Source: Albugo candida (taxonomy: Eukaryota). From it: a DNA stretch of 64,000 nt. Under the pieces are notes generated by a model. That model did not search any database, was not told where the DNA came from, and saw only the letters and a list, made by a program, of their open reading frames with translations. The first letter of the stretch is position 1; every line of letters starts with the position of its first letter. The stretch covers positions 1 through 64,000 of the forward strand of contig JBDOQK010000028.1 in NCBI GenBank assembly GCA_040437565.1, given 5' to 3'. The translations under genes and the position numbers were made by a program. This document shows positions 36,962 through 47,845 of the stretch, piece by piece.

Positions 36962-39672
36962 TTATGCACTGGTTCTCGATTGAGCGGTTGAAGGGTAGAA
37001 TGTAAAGTTTTCAAACGTTCCACTTTGTCGGGAAGAAAGGAGATGACCTGTTCGGATTGTATCAATCACAGGCTCGGATGTGAATTCTGGATCAAAGTTA
37101 CCCACATCCAACTCATTGAGTATGATCGGTTTCCACGGCGGCTGTACCTCTTGCAGAAAAAGCAGACCCCAGCTGATATTAGTGAAAAAAGAATGTGTTT
37201 TGATATCGTCTGCGCCGTGCGCGCCAAGTCGATTCGTTGGCTCAAATGTGAGCAATCGATCGATCAGATCCCGTGCATCTTCAGTCATATTGGCTGGAAA
37301 TAGATCCTGGATGATCCCTGGTGTCATGATTCTTTTCACCATAAGATCGTGATTCGCGTCAAGAAAAGGATGAAATCCCGTCAGCATTTCAAACATCAAT
37401 ACACCAAGCGACCACCAATCGACCACATGGCCATATTTTTGCATAGAGTAAACTTCTGGTGCGAGATATTCTGGGCTTCCTACGATGGTCGAGGCGCCTT
37501 GATTGGAAAACACATTCAGTTTAGATAATCCAAAATCTGTGACACATATGTGCCCAGAATTTTTCAATAAGATATTCTCAGGCTTTAGATCTCGATACGC
37601 CACATTGAGATGATGTAAATGCTCCAATGCTAACACGAGCTCAGCGCAATAAAAGCGAGTCAATTCGTATGAGAATCCGCTTTTCGACATGTGGTGGAAT
37701 ACTTCTCCGCCGCTGCAATAATCAGTGACAAGATACAATTTATCTTTGGTTTGAAAGGAGAAACGAAGACGTGAAATGAATGGATGTTGGATTTCCTTGA
37801 GAATATATCGTTCTGTTTTCACGTATTCCTTCATATTGAGTTTGACCAATTCTTTTCGAAGCACTTTGATAGCGTACAATTTCTGCGTATCGATTTTACG
37901 GGCGAGGAATACCTTTCCGATGGATCCCCGGCCAATGACCTTGATGAGGTCGAAATCGCTGATGGAGATGGAATTTAGTGTGCGTCGTAATGTTTCGTCC
38001 TTGGAGCTCTGATTGTTGGCAGAATTGGCCAATGTCAAGTTGCAACACTCGATTTGGAACGAGGAGGATACCGAAGATGTACTTGTGTCAATCATTGTGT
38101 TTCGTAATTCTGTGATGGAGGCCAAACGATTTTCATGCTCGCAATTCAATTCGGTAGTAAACATCCGATTCCGTCGACTTTGTCGGATCAAATCGATCGC
38201 ATCCACTCGGCATTGCATCAAATGACCAAGCCAAGACGTCGTCCCACGATCACATTCCCATACAAATTCTCGAGCAGAGATCTCACGATCCCGAGCTGCA
38301 ACAAAGTATGTGAAAATGACATCCAAAGCGATGCTGATGGTCATGGCTTGCTTCGAGGAAGCATGTGGTATTGATGTGAATCTTTTTCGCCTACTTTTGC
38401 TCACAATACTGCTTACATCGCCAACAGATATAGAGACGCAATTGGAGCAGTTTGGATTATCCACATGCGCTCCAGCCGCGATGGCCGTATCAGATGTGAA
38501 GTTCATGGCCATTTTGCAGGCGAATGAGTGACTCGTAGAGAGCATTGCCAACGATGTGGCTGGAGCTTCCGCAAAAACAATGGCTTTCAGCATTTTGCAA
38601 AGCCTCTGCTTTCTTTCTTTTGTCAAAAAAATGACCAAATCGATAGCATCGGCTTGCGCGAGGATGAAATATTGCTTTGCTCCAAAATGATGAAACACTT
38701 TATCGCATACAAAACGAGTATATTCTTCTGGCGATACGATCGATCGATCCTCTTTATCGCTGCCGCGTTTGTATGGATCCAAAATTACAACTGAAAAGTG
38801 CTGTTCGCGGGCTCTTCTCAGTGTGGGCAGCATGGATCCCAATTCTAATCCTTCAAAAAACAAAGTATCCGTGCTCCAAATACCAGGTCGAGCGTCTTCA
38901 CTTCCATTAATCACAATGAGAAGATTGGCCTGTGTTTTCCAATCGGAAGTGATAAAGAGATCACAAAGAACTTGCTTTATTTTGCTCTGCCCATTTTTGT
39001 TGGAGTTAGCTTTGACTTGCATTTGGATGTGTGCTCGCTTAAAGTCAAGTTCTGCCATCAGTTCCATTTCAATGTGGGAAATAGCTGCATGCATGGCTTC
39101 CGTCGCTCTTTTTCCTTCTTGCTCGTTGCTTACAAACTCGAAAATCGCTTGGTTGGAAGCACAGCATCGCAGAATTCCGTAGGGATCGAAATAATACGAT
39201 AATTCCTTCAAACACGCCATCCGATCGGTCAGCTGAATGGACTGTGTGTTCTCGTCCTCAGTTCCACGTTTCTGCGATTCTAATGAGAGTTTCTTACCGT
39301 ACCGTTTCCATATCATTTCGAAAATGGAGCGGTCCAAACAAACGATATAATGCTGTCCATCTCTGAACTGCACGCTTTCTGTAACAAGATCGTACGAGGA
39401 TGCTTGTAGAATCCGACACTGTTCCAGTAATCCATCTGGACGGTCTTCCATCTCGACATCGTCCTCGAAACAGCTCTATAAAAACACTTTCATCAGTTGG
39501 AGCGCAAGGTTGGAAAATAGATTTGATTAAAGTATACCATGACAAGCTCGTTCACAGTCACAAGCCAAGAATCCATTGCCGTCACAAATGCAATTCTCGC
39601 ATTGGAATAAACGACTTCATTGCGATTCAGCTGAGCTAACTGAACGCAGACGCGTACACTCGGCGCTTGCAT
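36962..39672 (-). CDS. AGC-family Ser/Thr kinase with N-terminal Arb2/FAM172-like domain; probable intron 39476-39537
   Basis: GRGSIGKV, YAIK, YRDLKPEN, DFG, GSPEYLAPE, DWWSLG, and AGC tail NFDPEFT...FENFTF. An upstream exon (MQAPSV...) splices in frame. Confidence 0.92.
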
Positions 39673-39762
39673 CGTGTTTTCACCCGAGAATTCCGTCCAC
39701 AATGCGACGATAAAATGTTGTCAGAACGTACGTAATTTTGCTTAAAAAACAGCGCATAAGCG

Positions 39763-40655
39763 ATGCGTTCATTGAGCTTTTACGGTCGATTTTCTCCGCA
39801 AATTTGCAGTAAATTGACACGCACAGGCTCGCAGTATGCCTCTATGTCGATCGGAAAGCCACAAGAGCGGCTTTTGTACGCGAATCACATGCCCACAACT
39901 CCTTTGCAGAAAATCATTCTTTCGGGAGTCTCTGCTGTGAGCGTATTTGCGAATCCGAATCGAGCCGATATGCTCGCGAATCTCGGCGAATTGACGGGAA
40001 CCAGTGCTTTACGGTCCATTCACGCGCAAATGTGCTCTAATTCGACCGGAGTTCAGATTCTTTATGATCGCCCGCGAATCCGAAGTGATGCGATTAATAA
40101 GAGCGCATTGCGGTCGCTACCGAGCGATACGTTTGGGTACGCCTACGCTCGTTTTATGGACTCCAACGGGTGCGTACCGCTTCCAATTTATATGATTGAT
40201 TATTCGTTCGCTGTTAGTTTTGAGGCCGATGGGCGCTCGTACGTTCAGTTTGTGGATGACACGGATTTGGCTTATGTGATGCAGCGATATCGGGAGCTAC
40301 ATGATCTCTGGCACACTCTATTTGGGCTGCCTGCGACTCTGTTTGGTGAAATTGTGCTGAAATACATTGAGCTCGTGCAGACGGGTTTGCCAGCTTGTGC
40401 ATTGAGTGGTTTTGTCGGTCAATTTTTGTTGTCGCGAGGTACGGAATTCGTGCAGCTTTTCTCATTTGGCTGAGATGCACATTCACTGTAGATGATATGC
40501 GAGAGCTGGCGTGTGTGTATGTTCCGTGGGCGTACAGAGCCGGCAAAGAAGCATCGTTTTTGATGAACATATATTATGAGAAGGAATTTTCGACGCCTTT
40601 GGAGGAGTTCCGTGATCGATACAACATTCAAGTGGCTCCACCAAAGGAAAAATGA
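39763..40655 (+). CDS. COQ4: Ubiquinone biosynthesis protein COQ4, 2 introns
   Basis: NPNRADMLANLGELTG, LP.DTFGYAY, YVMQRYRELHDLWHTLFG...GEIVLK.IE..QTGLP, YYEKEF; N-terminal mitochondrial-type presequence. Confidence 0.95.
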
Positions 40656-40759
40656 GCGCTTACTGGGCGCTAAGGCTCTGATGTGATAATGAAAAGTACT
40701 TGTCAAGTTTTCAAAATATGCATTCATGCAGAAACATTATTACAATCGGTGCTGGAGCC

Positions 40760-41206
40760 CTATTTATCATTCTTTGGCGATTCTTCTGCCGGGTCTGAAA
40801 CTTGTTCCGTGGGCATTTCTTGCTTGGGGTCTGTGAGGAATTTCTGAAAAGCTTCACTTTCACGCAAACATTCCTGCTTCCCGATAGCGTCCACAATCTT
40901 TGCAAATTGTATCTCGCGTTCCTGCAGAATCTCTGGATTTTGCTTATCCAAAAACAAGGCAAACGTCTTGGTACTTGGGAATTTGGGCAGACTCGATACG
41001 TCCTCAAGATTTGCATACAGCGTTTTGAAGTCTGTGTACCTGCGTTTCAGCAGCGTGTCATCCACTTGCACATTATAATAGACGACTTGGTCGGGCCCAA
41101 TGCTGTGTCCGGTGACGCTGTAGGTACTCTCGCGCTTCTCCTTGGCGTCGACACGCTGATCGTCGGACTGCAGCGTTTGCGCGGGATTCGATTGAGTGCA
41201 TCCCAT
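40760..41206 (-). CDS. Small PX-domain protein with MGC acylation motif
   Basis: MGCTQS start; VVYYNV, KRRYTDFKTLY, LPKFPSTK, ERE, FQKFL. Confidence 0.85.
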   Translation of the reverse strand: MGCTQSNPAQTLQSDDQRVDAKEKRESTYSVTGHSIGPDQVVYYNVQVDDTLLKRRYTDFKTLYANLEDVSSLPKFPSTKTFALFLDKQNPEILQEREIQFAKIVDAIGKQECLRESEAFQKFLTDPKQEMPTEQVSDPAEESPKNDK

Positions 41207-41503
41207 TTTTTGATCGGTCCGAAAGAAATGTAATGCGTACAATCAGTCGATTGCGTGGCTGTGAAAGGCACAGAAAACAGAATTTTTAATCACGATAGAA
41301 ATTTTCCCGCTTTTGGCTCTTTTTCGGTCGGAGGATTGCCAGAGAGATTGAAAGCCACATATCAGCCGATACTGAACCTTTTATGCATCAGAGCTAGAAT
41401 GTCATTTTTGGCCGAATTCCAAAAATACTCGAATAAGACCAGGTCATGAGGACACTCGAGAGCATTGAGCATGCTCAATCGGACAGCCAGTTGAGAATCT
41501 ATC

Positions 41504-42335
41504 ATGTCCAAGAAAGAAGTGATGAATCGCACCGTAAAAGCAGTAGAGCTTGGGCGAATATCGCTACAGCCTGTGGGAATAATTCAGCGTAAAAGCTTGG
41601 GGCCGAAAAGTTGTGGCGCCTACAAAATTCGCAAAATTGAACAGACAAAATTTCGTTATTTTTGTAAGTTGCAGGCTCCCGAACGAAACAATCGAGCTGA
41701 CACGAGTGTATGTAGATGATCGTGGGGATCTTCCGTTGCGCGTGAATTTCAACGGTGCGATTCGGAAGATTCAATGGCAAGTAGAGCTCGCGAAACTCGA
41801 CTTTGGCCATTACCTTCCGCTTTTTATGGAAGGCCTACGCGAGCTGGACGATCCGTACCATTTTCTGGCGCTGAACGGCATTCTGGACATGCTCGATAAA
41901 GGCCAAGATCGGGCGCTATTATGCATTCCTCAGCTGATTCCAGCCATGAAGCAGAATCTTATGACTCGACATCCACAGATTTTATGTATGCAAATGAAAG
42001 TGATACAAAAGCTCGTTGGTGGTAGTAACTATGCTGGAGAAGCTTTAGTTCCGTATTACCGACAGCTTTTATCAGTGTTCAATCTCTTTGTCAATAAACG
42101 TGTCAATTGCGGAGATGCTATCGATTACGGGCAACGAAGAGAAGATAATCTCGGAGATCTCATTCTCGAGACTCTAAATATTTTGGAGCGGCATGGAGGT
42201 CCTGACGCGTTTGTGAATATAAAGTGCGTCGATACAATTGTTCGTATGTGAGGGTGTGTCTGACTTGTTTCGATTTCTGATGATAGATATATGGTCCCAA
42301 CGTATGAAAGCTGCGTGAAAAAAGCTCTTAGATGA
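41504..42335 (+). CDS. PACRG: Parkin co-regulated gene protein (axonemal), 3 exons
   Basis: TKFR..|DRGDLP, LDFGHYLPLFMEGLRE, GEALVPYYRQLL, IDYGQ, GGPDAFVNIK|YMVPTYESC. Confidence 0.95.
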
Positions 42336-42364
42336 TACGAGAATTCGATTTTTTTCAATACTCA

Positions 42365-43345
42365 TTAGACAACTGGAAGCTTTTTTAATGCGGATTTTGC
42401 TTCTTTCAAGCCTTGGTTTGCCGCTAGTTGATAATAATGAGTCGCTTTCGCCAGATCTTTGGGTAATTCAGCTTGTCCCTTTTCGAAAAACTGACCGAGA
42501 CAGAGCTGAGCCTGCGGATTTCCACCTTCCGCCGCAAGAAAAAACCATTCCGCAGCTTTACTGAGATTCTTTTCAACACCGTACCCGAGTGAGTAACACG
42601 CTCCAAGATCGAATTGAGCAAGAATGAGACCGGCATCAGCTGCTTTTTTAAAGTGCCGAAAGGCTCTACAACGATCGTGATCGGTTCCTTGCCCGCGGGT
42701 ATACGCGGTTCCGAGCGCGTGATGTGCTTCCAGCATTCCCTGTTTGGCTGCTTTTTCAAACAAATCGAACGATTTCGCGAAATTCTGTGTCACGTGAACT
42801 CCTTCGGCATACAAACGACCGAGATCATATCGGGCCACCATGTGGCCTCTGTCAGCTGCTTTGGTCCAGTATTCCACCGCCAGCGAGCAATTTTGCTTGA
42901 TTCCTTTGGAACCGTGAAGAAAGATTGTTCCAATTTTATGGCAGCTTTCTTCGTGCCCGGCGTCGGCCGCAGTCTGAAGGAATGTTTTCCCCAATTGCTC
43001 GTTTTTCTCTACGTTTTCGTGGCCTTTCAAGTACAAATTTCCGAGCGCAAATTGAGCTTTTGTGTGACCTCTTTCCGCAGCGTTTGTCCAGTGAATGATT
43101 GCTCGGGTAATAAAACTCCTTGTAGCGATTTTCGCGTCGGAAGAGGGTGCATCGGATGGGTGCGTTCGGGAAGCTTTTACGAAGTATTTAACACCGGTTG
43201 CGAAATCGCTGTCAGCAGATTCAGAAAATTGTCTTAAGAAAAATGATGTGGACGGACTCGTTTGCTGTGCGGATGTTATTTGACGTGGAATTAGCGACCG
43301 CAAGTGCTTGGTCGATAGCAGTTTAACGCTCATGGAGATCGCCAT
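42365..43345 (-). CDS. Sel1/TPR repeat protein, probably mitochondrial
   Basis: Repeated AA..G...AQF.LG..Y..G.GV units; basic, hydroxylated N-terminus. Confidence 0.9.
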   Translation of the reverse strand: MAISMSVKLLSTKHLRSLIPRQITSAQQTSPSTSFFLRQFSESADSDFATGVKYFVKASRTHPSDAPSSDAKIATRSFITRAIIHWTNAAERGHTKAQFALGNLYLKGHENVEKNEQLGKTFLQTAADAGHEESCHKIGTIFLHGSKGIKQNCSLAVEYWTKAADRGHMVARYDLGRLYAEGVHVTQNFAKSFDLFEKAAKQGMLEAHHALGTAYTRGQGTDHDRCRAFRHFKKAADAGLILAQFDLGACYSLGYGVEKNLSKAAEWFFLAAEGGNPQAQLCLGQFFEKGQAELPKDLAKATHYYQLAANQGLKEAKSALKKLPVV

Positions 43346-43467
43346 CGGTTACATAACAAACATGTGATGTTACCTATCAATGCCAGTTGATGTTGCAAGA
43401 ATGTGGTGGTGCAATTTTTAAATAACTGTAACTATGGTGGTGCGTCGAGATTATCTGCCGGTAAGAC

Positions 43468-44073
43468 ATGGTGGCGATGGAATTTGGCCAATTAATGAGA
43501 GGAATGTCAACAGGGTCGTATAAAACGGTTTCTAGTTCAGCACCCAGATTTTGGTCACTTTAGTAATCCAGCAGTGGACCTTCTAGGTACATTTGCGGTG
43601 ACTGACGCCGTCACTTTGCATCATTCTCATGTTGCATCAGCCGCTTATGTAGAATCGTTTCTGCGCACATTGGCGAACGGATTGGCCGAACGAGCTGTTG
43701 CCGCGCAGACTCAAACACTGACTCCGATGGAGCTGTACGCACCGAAAAGAACTCACAAATGCGCTGGATTGTTTTGTAATATTATAATATTGCTGTCATG
43801 TATTTGTCATTTTGTAGCAAACACTTTGTTGAAGCCCGTAAAGATCTCGATTTCCTAAAGAGTAAAGTTGCTTTGGTGCAACATAGTGATGCAATTCGCT
43901 GTAAGAAGCGGAAAACAACTGGAAAGATCAAGATCAATGCAGCGAGAAAGGTTGCAAGCAAGAAGTCGCAGAAACGCTCATCAATGCAGATTAAGATCGC
44001 TCAACCTGGAAAAGTGGAGTCTCAATTGCAGAAAAGCATCGAAGAGAATGATAACTACGATGAAAGTGAGTAG
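43468..44073 (+). CDS. Histone-fold protein (NF-YC/NC2-alpha/CHRAC-like), 2 introns
   Basis: Spliced reading GRIKRFLVQHPDFGHFSNPAVDLL|AAYVESFLRTL...TLTPMEL|KHFVE...LDFLK, then a basic tail. Confidence 0.75.
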
Positions 44074-44109
44074 ACGTAGCTGTTACGCAAACTTTACTCA
44101 TAGAGGAGT

Positions 44110-45055
44110 TCACGCCGCTAAGGTCCTATGCGGTTCAATCTTCTCTATGAGCCCTGCAAAGAGATTGAGAGCCAAAGCTTCCTTCATGCGTTCAGGATGC
44201 AAGTCTGAGGCTTTGTTCACTTGTCTCTTCCACACACTCGAAGTCGCAGCTTGGAGTCCACCCATTAGATAAAGCGAGTTCGGTCTGTTGGAGACCGCAA
44301 TGACTCCGTTACCACACAGTCGAGCAACATCACTGAGCTCAGACGGTGCCTTATTAAGTTCGCATAAAAGCATCTGCTTCCCATTTTCCACCAGTAGGAT
44401 GATAGTTGCGAGCGAACACGTGTTATTGATCTCTTTGGATCGATGCTGAGCAACCCAATCGCAATATAATTCTTCAAATTTGAAGAATAACAGACAGAAT
44501 AGTCTATAAAAAACCATTTCATCTTGTAAAAGCTGCCAATACATTGTCAATTGGACCGGGAAGCGTCCCGGTTGGCCATCCGAGTCGACGAGATAGAAAA
44601 CTTGGCAGATTGATCGAGCGACAGCCATAGCTGTTTTGGCGAACGGGTACCCTCCACGACGCCTCCGCATTAGCGTGAATTCTGTATGATGATTTTGAAC
44701 AAAGTAGATCAAGCAGCGTAAGCCCAGCTCGCCCATAGACCGCAGATCATCGCCTGGGTTACAAGAAGAGAAACCCGCTTTCCATTTCCAAAATTCGCTT
44801 ATTGGCTCGAATTTCCTGCTAGATTTTTGATTATCTACGAGATTCCAGAATTGCTCCAAAAGGCTCAAGTGCTAGAGGGGATAATAGTATTCCAATAAAT
44901 CGAACAATTAGCGATGGTATCGATGTAATTAGGTAAACCTGTGGGGACTGGAGCAAACGTGAATACAGCAATTTTTGTAGCCTGTACAAAATCATAATTT
45001 CTTTGTCATTTGGCTGCCTACCGAGCTCTTTCGTGTGACTCGACTGATTCCCCAT
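44110..45055 (-). CDS. ELMO/CED-12 domain protein, 1 intron, N-terminal MGNQSS
   Basis: WKWKAGFSSCNPGDDLRSMGELGLRCLIYF and YPFA motifs; GT-AG intron at about 44873-44938. Confidence 0.85.
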
Positions 45056-45225
45056 TCTTGCGATCTTCAAAAGACACAAAAACAGAGTGCCAATTATANN
45101 NNNNNNNNNNNNNNNNNNNNNNNNNNNNNNNNNNNNNNNNNNNNNNNNNNNNNNNNNNNNNNNNNNNNNNNNNNNNNNNNNNNNNNNNNNNNNNNNNNAA
45201 AACAGAGTGCCAATTATATATTAAA

Positions 45226-45291
45226 CCAATCATACTGCTGCTAAAATGGAACAAACCAATCGGATTTCAAAACAGCACAAATACAGCCAAT
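45226..45291. promoter_or_regulatory. Three CCAAT boxes upstream of the ELMO gene
   Basis: CCAATC at 45226, 45256 and 45287; retained in the duplicate at 57086, 57116 and 57147. Confidence 0.5.
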
Positions 45292-45301
45292 CAGCTGTAT
45301 C

Positions 45302-46315
45302 TATAGAATCGCAAATGTTCACGCAACTGAACAGAAATGAGATTTTTTTCCGCAAGCCGATCGCTCAAATGCGAGCCAAAAGCACTCGCTGGAATTCAAA
45401 ATCCTTCTTTTGTGCAGCTGAGAGTCAGGATTCCATTTCTCTTGTGCCAAAAGCATTGCACACTCGGCAATGACGCGACTGATGAATCCGTAGCCTGGAT
45501 CGCCTTCACCATGGATACTTGCGCTTATGGCAAGCTGACCATCTTCCTTATAGCCCAATGCAGAAGCTACAAAAAATCCATTTTGAATGGTGGTATCGGA
45601 TGCTTCTTGGCTGGGTGCCGGTGCGAATCGTTTCAGAATGGCCCGCGTCCACCGGAAATAAAGCATGATTCCTTGCAAGTACAACGCAATGGTCAATGCG
45701 AGCTCAAAAAGGAATCCATCCAGTGCAAATCGTATATCAAATACAAATCGGTCACCATAACGATTGTTTGAAAATAGTTGCTGAGATGAACGAAAGTGGA
45801 ATCAAGCGTCCCTCTATCATTCAGTGCTGTCGACCTGTCGATATCCTTATCATATGACATTAGCAAACGCGATTGGTTCTTCTTGACGAGTCCATTGGCC
45901 TCTTTGGCTTGCATCACATCAGTCACGGCCAGCATGAACGGATTCCGCATCCTGTTAAGCTCTCCCGATGTGCTTGTGTCCACATGCGCAAACAATCTCG
46001 CACAGGTTTAGCAGCCACGGTAGGACACCGTTCCATCATCTTCTTAACCCAAACCAATTTTCCGGTCAAGTCGCAGTAGAGTACCCGTTTCGGGACACAA
46101 TTGAAAGAGAACTGTTCCATACAGAGTGTAATGTCCCACGACAGTGAGAACCACTTTGATCGATTTCACCATTTTGAGCAAAGAATCTCTATCATGAGAA
46201 TCTGCGACGTATCGAAAGATTTCGAATCCACATTCGATAATTTCTTTTGTAGATTTTGTAAAAGAGATCGCAACTTTCCTTCGCTGCATCCTGCCAGCGT
46301 CCATTTCATTGAAGA
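45302..46315 (-). pseudogene. Saccharopine dehydrogenase-like oxidoreductase pseudogene
   Basis: Aligns by eye to 57523-58800, but lacks the start codon and GASGxTG motif, has a ~160-bp deletion near 46006, and carries frameshifts. Confidence 0.92.
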
Positions 46316-46357
46316 ATAACATAAAAATATCATGTGCATTCACCTAGTTTATATAAA

Positions 46358-47317
46358 TCAAACAAGACTAGGCTTTTCCATACATCTGTCATGAACCAGG
46401 ATCGGATGGTGCATTTCCACAAAAAGGTGGTACACTCCAGCCCCGATGGCGCCACCGACTATTGGGCCTACAGTTGGCACCCAAAAGTAGTAATCTTGCA
46501 TTGTGAATGTCTTGAATCCCCATCCACCAATTGCGGATAGGAATCTTGAAGCTAAGTCTCCCGCTGGATTGATAGCACCCCCGGTATTCATTCCAAAAGA
46601 CGCTCCAATAGCGATAACAAGCAGCGCAGTGGCGCCTGGAGCGGTGTATGGACCTGCGGGTTTGTTACGTTGGTCTCCGATTGCAAAGATTCCACCCATG
46701 AGAAGCGCTGTTCCGAAGGCCTCAGATAAAAATGCGCTTGCATTCGAGATTGCGGCGTTCGGGTAGGTCGCAAACAGTCCATGTGTAGTCTCTCGTTCGG
46801 GGTCGATGACATTAAAAATAGGATAATAGATTGCAAGAACCATCGCTGCGCCACAAAACGCACCTAACAGCTGTGCTAGAATGTAAAAAGGAGCTTTTCG
46901 CCATGGAAAACGTCGAAATAAAGCCAATGTCGTAGTTACTGCTGGATTAATATGTGCGCCACTGACACCGCCAGCGCAATGAATCCCAAAAAGAACGCCC
47001 AGACCCCAACCCATATTGATACTCAAGTACACACCGCTATTTTGTTGTGATAAAACTACTTGCGCAACGACACCGTTACCAAAGCAAAGAAGAATAAATG
47101 TGCCCAGAAACTCTGCCAAACATTCTCGTAACAGCTGATTCTTTATTGCGCAGCCACTTGGCATTTCCATCATCGTAGCTTTCGGCTCGTGATCGAGATC
47201 TGAGTACCCGCTGTCTTTAACTCCACCCATTGTTACTAGTTCCACGGAAGCGGATTGCCGCATGTCATTACCATCAGCATCGGCATACATAATCACAGAG
47301 AAATCTTGATACCCCAT
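46358..47317 (-). CDS. Aquaglyceroporin (MIP family) with atypical NPAG loop E
   Basis: AEFLGT, SGAHINPAVT, FATYP, GGAINPAGD in an intact 319-aa ORF. Confidence 0.95.
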   Translation of the reverse strand: MGYQDFSVIMYADADGNDMRQSASVELVTMGGVKDSGYSDLDHEPKATMMEMPSGCAIKNQLLRECLAEFLGTFILLCFGNGVVAQVVLSQQNSGVYLSINMGWGLGVLFGIHCAGGVSGAHINPAVTTTLALFRRFPWRKAPFYILAQLLGAFCGAAMVLAIYYPIFNVIDPERETTHGLFATYPNAAISNASAFLSEAFGTALLMGGIFAIGDQRNKPAGPYTAPGATALLVIAIGASFGMNTGGAINPAGDLASRFLSAIGGWGFKTFTMQDYYFWVPTVGPIVGGAIGAGVYHLFVEMHHPILVHDRCMEKPSLV

Positions 47318-47530
47318 TTGATCGGCAGTAGCGAGTCAAAGAATTATTGATCTAGAGACTCAAAAGTGCGAGTAACGAATCAAGAATATAAGAGACTGAG
47401 AATCAATTGAGGTTGTCGTGAAAGTATCTGNNNNNNNNNNNNNNNNNNNNNNNNNNNNNNNNNNNNNNNNNNNNNNNNNNNNNNNNNNNNNNNNNNNNNN
47501 NNNNNNNNNNNNNNNNNNNNNNNNNNNNNN

Positions 47531-47845
47531 ACCCCAACCCATATTGATACTCAAGTACACACCGCTATTTTGTTGTGATAAAACTACTTGCGCAACAACA
47601 CCGTTACCAAAGCAAAGAAGAATAAATGTGCCCAGAAACTCTGCCAAACATTCTCGTAACAGCTGATTCTTGATTGCCCAGCCACTTGGCATTTCCGTCA
47701 TCGTAGCTTTCGGTTCGTGATCGAGATCTGAGTACCCGCTGTCTTTAACTCCACCCATAGTTACTAGTTCCACGGAAGCGGGTTGCCGCATGTCATCACC
47801 ATCAGCATCGGCATACATTATCACAGAGAAATCTTGATACCCCAT
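47531..47845 (-). CDS. Aquaglyceroporin 5' fragment, cut by a gap (third copy or alternate haplotype)
   Basis: Nearly identical to 47010-47317 but with several substitutions (N/D, S/P, M/T, C/W). Confidence 0.6.
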
